Positions 17,716 through 22,043 of a DNA stretch of 22,043 bases are shown here, piece after piece (the stretch's first letter is position 1; each line of letters opens with the position of its first letter). The notes under the pieces are model-generated. The model saw nothing but the letters and a program-made list of their open reading frames with translations. It searched no databases and was not told the DNA's origin. Source of the DNA: an uncultured Deinococcales bacterium (GTDB lineage: Bacteria > Deinococcota > Deinococci > Deinococcales > JAAFIG01); assembly GCA_964244895.1 (NCBI GenBank), contig CAXTKV010000074.1:1-22043 (forward strand). Direction: 5' to 3'. Both the position numbers and the translations under genes were made by a program.

Positions 17716-17801
17716 ATTGTTCCTCCCTGAGAGGTCTGGTTGGCTGGTGGGCGCTGCGGCGGGCGCAGCTTCGCGGATGGTCGCGGTTTCAGGCTGCGGC
17801 A

Positions 17802-19223
17802 TCAGCGTGTCCCCGGTATCAGGTTGAGCGACCCGATGGCGTTCTGAAGCTGATAGACCGCGCTGACCTGCGCTGCGAGCGCCGTTTCGAGGCTGGTCTG
17901 CGCTTGAAGCAGGTTGACGCGGGCGGCTTCCAGGTCAATCGCGGTGTTCAATCCGGCCTTGTTGCGGGCGGTGGCGGTTTCATAGGTTTTCTGGGCGCTG
18001 TCCACGGCGCTCTGGGCGGCCTTGATCTGGGCGTTGGCGATCTGGGCGGTGCTGAGGCGCTGGGCAACATCGATGGCGGCGGCGCGGCGCGCGGTCTCGA
18101 GGCTGGCCTTGGCGGCGTCCAATCCGGTCTGGGCGGCGTTGACGCTGGCGTCCAGGGATGGCCCGAGCACCGGGAAGCTGGCCGAGAGCGAGACATTCAA
18201 TCCCGTCCCGCCGGAACTCGAGCCGCTCTGCACCACGGGCACCGTGCCGGTCAATGCCGTGGTTCCCGACTGAAAGTTGAGGCTTCCGGTCAGGCTCGGG
18301 CTGCCGACCGATCCGGTCGCGCTCAACTGCCCCACCCCGAGGCTCAGGCTGGCATTGGGCAGCACCCGGTTGCGCTGGGCGTTGCCCAACGCGTCCTCGG
18401 CGTCCTGCACCCTGGAAACCGCCTGGAGCACGTCGCTGCGGCGCTCCAGTGCGGCTTTGATTAGCGCCTCCGGGGTTCCCTGCGGTAGCTCGAGCGCGGT
18501 CGGTGCGGTCGTGAACTTCGTGCTGGCCGAAACACCGAGCTGGGCGAGCGCGATATCGAGCGCGTTCTGCGAGGAGAGCGTCGCCGATTGCGCCGTGGCC
18601 AGGTTCTGCTGGGCGGTCAGCAAGTCCGCAAAGGCGATCTGGCCGTTCTGGTATTGCAGGTTGGCCACGCGCAATCGGCTGGTCAAGAGCGCCTCGTTGG
18701 CCTGGGCGGCCTGAAGGCTGAGGCTCGAGTTGCGGGCGCTGAAATAAGAGCTGACGGTCGTGAGCGCCAGCGAGTTGCGCGCGTCGCGCTGGGTCAGGCT
18801 GGCGCGTTCGAAGGCGCGCTGAGCGCTGCGGATCGCGTCGTAGGAGGCCGACCACGGCAGCACGTTGGCGCTGGCCGTGACCGAAACCGAGACGCTGTTG
18901 GATGAGCTTCCGCTGCTCGGGAAGGTTCCACCGTAACTGCTGCCCGCCGAGAGGTTGATGCCGGTCGCGGCCTGCGCGGTCTCGAGGTTGCGCTGGGCGG
19001 TCTGGTAGGTCAGATCCGCCGATTGCCAGTCCGGTGTGGCCTGCACGGCTGCGAACGCGCTCTGAAGGCTGTAGCCCGCGTCCTGCGCCAGCGCCGCGCT
19101 GCCCAGCAGGGCCAGCAGCGCGACTCGCGGCACTCGCGCAAAGGCTCGAGCCCGCCAGCCTCGGGGGTTCCTGCGGGCCGATGAATGTCGTTGAATGTCT
19201 AGGTTCGTAAGTGGGGGTTTCAC
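17802..19223 (-). CDS. TolC/OEP family outer membrane efflux protein
   Basis: Signal peptide, YQNGQIAFADLL, ALERRSDV, KAGLNTAIDL, alternating beta-strand segments; GTG start at 19223 with AGGAGG at 19232-19237. Confidence 0.87.
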   Translation of the reverse strand: MKPPLTNLDIQRHSSARRNPRGWRARAFARVPRVALLALLGSAALAQDAGYSLQSAFAAVQATPDWQSADLTYQTAQRNLETAQAATGINLSAGSSYGGTFPSSGSSSNSVSVSVTASANVLPWSASYDAIRSAQRAFERASLTQRDARNSLALTTVSSYFSARNSSLSLQAAQANEALLTSRLRVANLQYQNGQIAFADLLTAQQNLATAQSATLSSQNALDIALAQLGVSASTKFTTAPTALELPQGTPEALIKAALERRSDVLQAVSRVQDAEDALGNAQRNRVLPNASLSLGVGQLSATGSVGSPSLTGSLNFQSGTTALTGTVPVVQSGSSSGGTGLNVSLSASFPVLGPSLDASVNAAQTGLDAAKASLETARRAAAIDVAQRLSTAQIANAQIKAAQSAVDSAQKTYETATARNKAGLNTAIDLEAARVNLLQAQTSLETALAAQVSAVYQLQNAIGSLNLIPGTR

Positions 19224-19260
19224 ATCGGGTTCCTCCTGCGGTTCAGTCTTCACGCGACCC

Positions 19261-19299
19261 GTGGACTCACAACGAAGGTCTTGTGAAGGTTGTGTGAAC
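19261..19299 (-). promoter_or_regulatory. Putative OmpR-family direct-repeat operator upstream of the efflux operon
   Basis: Hexamers at exact 11-bp spacing on + strand: GTGGAC 19261, ACGAAG 19272, GTGAAG 19283, GTGAAC 19294. Confidence 0.6.
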
Positions 19300-19326
19300 T
19301 GCATTTCTGGATTCGCCCGACACCAG

Positions 19327-19381
19327 CACCGTTCAGCACAGACCGCACTAAACGCGACGAACATCGTCCTGGACGGTATTC
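19327..19381. repeat. Dispersed palindromic element, degenerate copy
   Basis: CACCGTTCAGCAC ... CGTCCTGGACGGTATTC. Confidence 0.7.
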
Positions 19382-19533
19382 TTTTTGAGCGCCCCAGACA
19401 GTTCCAGGATTCCCGGCTTCAGTTCTGGCCCCAGCATCCGGTTTTGGATTCAGCGAACCGAAGTGCGAATGCGAATGTCCTGAACCCCAGGGAAAACCGT
19501 CGGACGCGCGCGCCCTGGAAGCACTGGAGCTGA

Positions 19534-19572
19534 GTTCACGGAATCTTCACGGCGCGCCCCGCGAACCTTCAC
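19534..19572 (+). promoter_or_regulatory. Putative OmpR-family direct-repeat operator upstream of the response regulator
   Basis: GTTCAC 19534, CTTCAC 19545, CTTCAC 19567 (11- and 22-bp spacing); mirror image of the 19283-19299 box. Confidence 0.6.
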
Positions 19573-19644
19573 ACGCAGCGAGGAAACTTCAGGGGCATGG
19601 AAACCCCGACCCCACATCAGACATCCGGCGTTACACTGCCCACC

Positions 19645-20322
19645 ATGGGCGCGTGCATTCTGGTGGTCGAAGACGAACTCGAGATCTCCGAGGTCGTCGA
19701 AGGCTACCTGCGCCGCGACGGTTTTCGCACCGAACGCGCCACGGACGGCGCGCGCGCCCTGGAGCTGTTCCGCGCCGCCAAGCCCGACCTGGTGCTGCTG
19801 GATATCATGCTGCCCGGCGTGGATGGCCTGGAAGTGCTGCGGCGCATCCGGGCGCTGGCCTCGACGCCCGTGATCATGCTGACCGCCCGCGCGGAGGACA
19901 TCGACAAACTGCTGGGATTGGAACTGGGCGCGGACGATTACGTGGTCAAACCCTTTAGCCCGCGCGAGGTCGTGGCTCGCGTCAAGGCCGTGCTGCGCCG
20001 CACCAAACACGATGAACCCAAAACCGTCCACCGCGTCGGACCCCTGGAAATTGACACGCGCCAGGTGATCGCCACGCTGGACGGCGCGCGGCTCGATTTG
20101 ACCCCGACCGAATTCAAATTGCTCGAGCACCTGGCTGGAGAACCCGGACGGGCGTATTCCAGGGCGGAATTGTTAGAGGCCGCGCTGCCCGATTCCGATG
20201 CGCTGGAACGCGTGGTGGATGCGCACCTGAAAAACTTGCGGCGCAAGCTAGAGCTGGGCGGCGCGCCGGAACTCCTCGAAACCGTGCGCGGCATCGGTTA
20301 CCGATTGTGGGTGAACGCTTGA
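19645..20322 (+). CDS. OmpR/BaeR-family response regulator
   Basis: ILVVEDE, DLVLLDIMLPGVDG (phospho-Asp), GADDYVVKPFSPREV, winged helix ending ETVRGIGYRL; ATG 19645 is 7 nt after TACACT. Confidence 0.96.
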   Translation: MGACILVVEDELEISEVVEGYLRRDGFRTERATDGARALELFRAAKPDLVLLDIMLPGVDGLEVLRRIRALASTPVIMLTARAEDIDKLLGLELGADDYVVKPFSPREVVARVKAVLRRTKHDEPKTVHRVGPLEIDTRQVIATLDGARLDLTPTEFKLLEHLAGEPGRAYSRAELLEAALPDSDALERVVDAHLKNLRRKLELGGAPELLETVRGIGYRLWVNA

Positions 20323-21665
20323 ACCCATCCGAACCCTTGCGCGGTGCGCCCGAGAAGACCCTTCCCGACGCGACCCCCGCGATCTCGAGAGGCCCTCGCG
20401 CGGCGGGTCTGATCTCGAGGATCTCGCCGTTGCGCGGGATCGCGGCGCGGCTGGCCATTGCGATGGTCGTGGTCGCGGTCGGTTCGGTCGGGGTGGTGGC
20501 GATCATCCTGAGCCTGACGGCGGAATCGCGCTTTCGCAACCCGCCGCCGAACGTGGTCGAGATGCGCAGGATCTTCACGGTGCTGCGCGAACGCTGCACG
20601 GAAAAAGTCAAGATCGGGCCGCAAGGCGAACTGAACGGCATGATCTGCCCGCCGGACACGCTGGTCAGCCTGCCCAGCGGTGCGCCCAACGCGACCAGTT
20701 TGCTGCTGCTGGGCGGCGGCAAGAAACCCGATCCGTTCGACCCGCGCGAATGGGTCATCCCGACGACCTTTTTGGGCATGGGCATCGCTGCGGCCTTCGC
20801 GGTGCTGCTGGCGCTGGTGATGGCGCGCCGCATCGCGCGACCGATCCAGGCCGTGTCCATCGCGGCGAACCGCATGGCGGCGGGCAACCTGGCCTCGCGC
20901 GTGACGCTGCCCACATTCGTCACCAGGGACGAGGACGAGACCGCCACCCTTGCGCGCAGCTTCAACACGATGGCCGAATCCCTGGAACGCCAGGAGGAGA
21001 CCCGCAAGGCCATGATCGCCGATATCGCGCACGAACTGCGCACGCCGTTGGCGGTCATGCAAGCCAAGCTCGAGGCCCTGGAAGACGGCGTGCTGGAACT
21101 TTCGGTGGATGAAATCAAGCGCCTGCAACACCAGACGCACGTGCTTTCCAGGTTGGTGGACGACCTGCGCGTGCTGTCGCTGGCCGAGGCCGGTCAGCTC
21201 GCCCTGGAGCGCCGCCGCGTCAAGCTCGAATCGTTGGCGCGCAGCGTGACGCTGACCTTTAACGAACGCGCGCACTCCAAGAACATTCAGCTCGAATTCG
21301 TCTCGAGCGGCGAGATCACGCTCGATGCCGACCCCGACCGCATCACCCAGGTGCTCTCCAACCTGTTGGACAACGCCATCCAGCACACGCCCGCGTCGGG
21401 TTGCGTGACCGTCAGCCTCGAATCCCTCGAGAAAAACGCGCAGTTGAGCGTGTCCGACACGGGTTCCGGTTTGCCGCCCGAAACGATCGATCGCGTCTTC
21501 GACCGCTTCTACCGCGCGGACGCGTCCCGCAACCGCTCGAGCGGCGGTTCCGGTCTGGGTCTGGCCATCGTGCGCGCGCTGGTCGAGTTGCACGGCGGCA
21601 GGGTTCGCGCCCAGAACGGCGCGGGCGGCGGCGCGGAGTTCGTCGTGCTGTTGCCTCGCGCGTAA
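20319..21665 (+). CDS. BaeS-like sensor histidine kinase
   Basis: Two TM segments, HAMP, H-box ADIAHELRTPL, N-box NLLDNAI, DTGSG, GSGLGLAI; TTG start overlapping the regulator stop (alternative GTG 20307). Confidence 0.95.
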   Translation: MNPSEPLRGAPEKTLPDATPAISRGPRAAGLISRISPLRGIAARLAIAMVVVAVGSVGVVAIILSLTAESRFRNPPPNVVEMRRIFTVLRERCTEKVKIGPQGELNGMICPPDTLVSLPSGAPNATSLLLLGGGKKPDPFDPREWVIPTTFLGMGIAAAFAVLLALVMARRIARPIQAVSIAANRMAAGNLASRVTLPTFVTRDEDETATLARSFNTMAESLERQEETRKAMIADIAHELRTPLAVMQAKLEALEDGVLELSVDEIKRLQHQTHVLSRLVDDLRVLSLAEAGQLALERRRVKLESLARSVTLTFNERAHSKNIQLEFVSSGEITLDADPDRITQVLSNLLDNAIQHTPASGCVTVSLESLEKNAQLSVSDTGSGLPPETIDRVFDRFYRADASRNRSSGGSGLGLAIVRALVELHGGRVRAQNGAGGGAEFVVLLPRA

Positions 21666-21677
21666 AGCCGATGACTC

Positions 21678-21719
21678 GAGAATACCGTCCAGCACACGAA
21701 TTAACCCATGCGTGCTGGA
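21678..21719. repeat. Dispersed palindromic element with truncated or interrupted right arm
   Basis: GAGAATACCGTCCAGCAC ... GCGTGCTGGA; the missing ACGGTGTTTC appears at 21795-21804. Confidence 0.8.
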
Positions 21720-21808
21720 ACGCGAGTAGCCCGTGAGCGATCCCACCCGTGAGGTGCGTCTTGGGATCAAGAAAGTGCTGTCTGTTGAGCAAGAACGGTG
21801 TTTCCTGT

Positions 21809-22043
21809 TCACGTCCGCTCGAGCGTCAGTTTGCGCCCGTCACCGAACAACTCCAACCTGATCAGCACGGGATGCTCCAGGTCGTCACGCAAGGGTTCAC
21901 CCCACTCGATCACGGTGAATCGCGCATCCTCGATCAGTTCCTCGAGTCCCATCTTGAAGAGCGTCCGTGCGTCCGGAAGGCGGTAGGCGTCGACGTGAAC
22001 CATTAAGCCTTGCGGCGTCGGGTACTGGTGAATGTAGGTGTAG
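21809..22043 (-). CDS. tsaE: tRNA threonylcarbamoyladenosine biosynthesis ATPase TsaE, 3' part
   Basis: YTYIHQYPTPQGLMVHVDAYRL ... VIEWGE matches the TsaE (SPT)YT, HxDxYRL and IEW motifs. Confidence 0.9.
   Translation of the reverse strand, partial: YTYIHQYPTPQGLMVHVDAYRLPDARTLFKMGLEELIEDARFTVIEWGEPLRDDLEHPVLIRLELFGDGRKLTLERT

Overview
GC-rich bacterial chromosomal segment, most likely Deinococcota. This is an inference from the EF-Tu N-terminus MAKGVFERNKPHVNVGTI, several apparently leaderless genes and paired TolC-like genes. Gene order: 5' end of tuf (-), GNAT acetyltransferase (+), S41 peptidase (-), ndk (+), two hypotheticals, an AT-richer orphan SUKH-type immunity gene coupled to speA (-), two small proteins, a lipoprotein with lysozyme/SLT-like motifs (+), a Rieske oxygenase with a His->Tyr change at an iron ligand (-) divergent from an orphan BMP substrate-binding protein (+), two exported or membrane hypotheticals, a MacAB-type efflux operon with two TolC-like genes (-) divergent from a BaeRS-like two-component system (+), and the 3' part of tsaE (-). 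The most striking signals are non-genic. The palindrome CTCGAG occurs about 95-100 times by manual count. A dispersed element AACACCGTCCAGCACGC...GCGTGCTGGACGGTGTT appears as hairpins, outward-facing pairs and lone half-sites, including inside coding sequence. There are also GTAG- and CGTC-type REP-like copies, and 11-bp-phased (G/C)TTCAC boxes between the efflux operon and its regulator. No CRISPR array, rRNA, tRNA or transposase was found.
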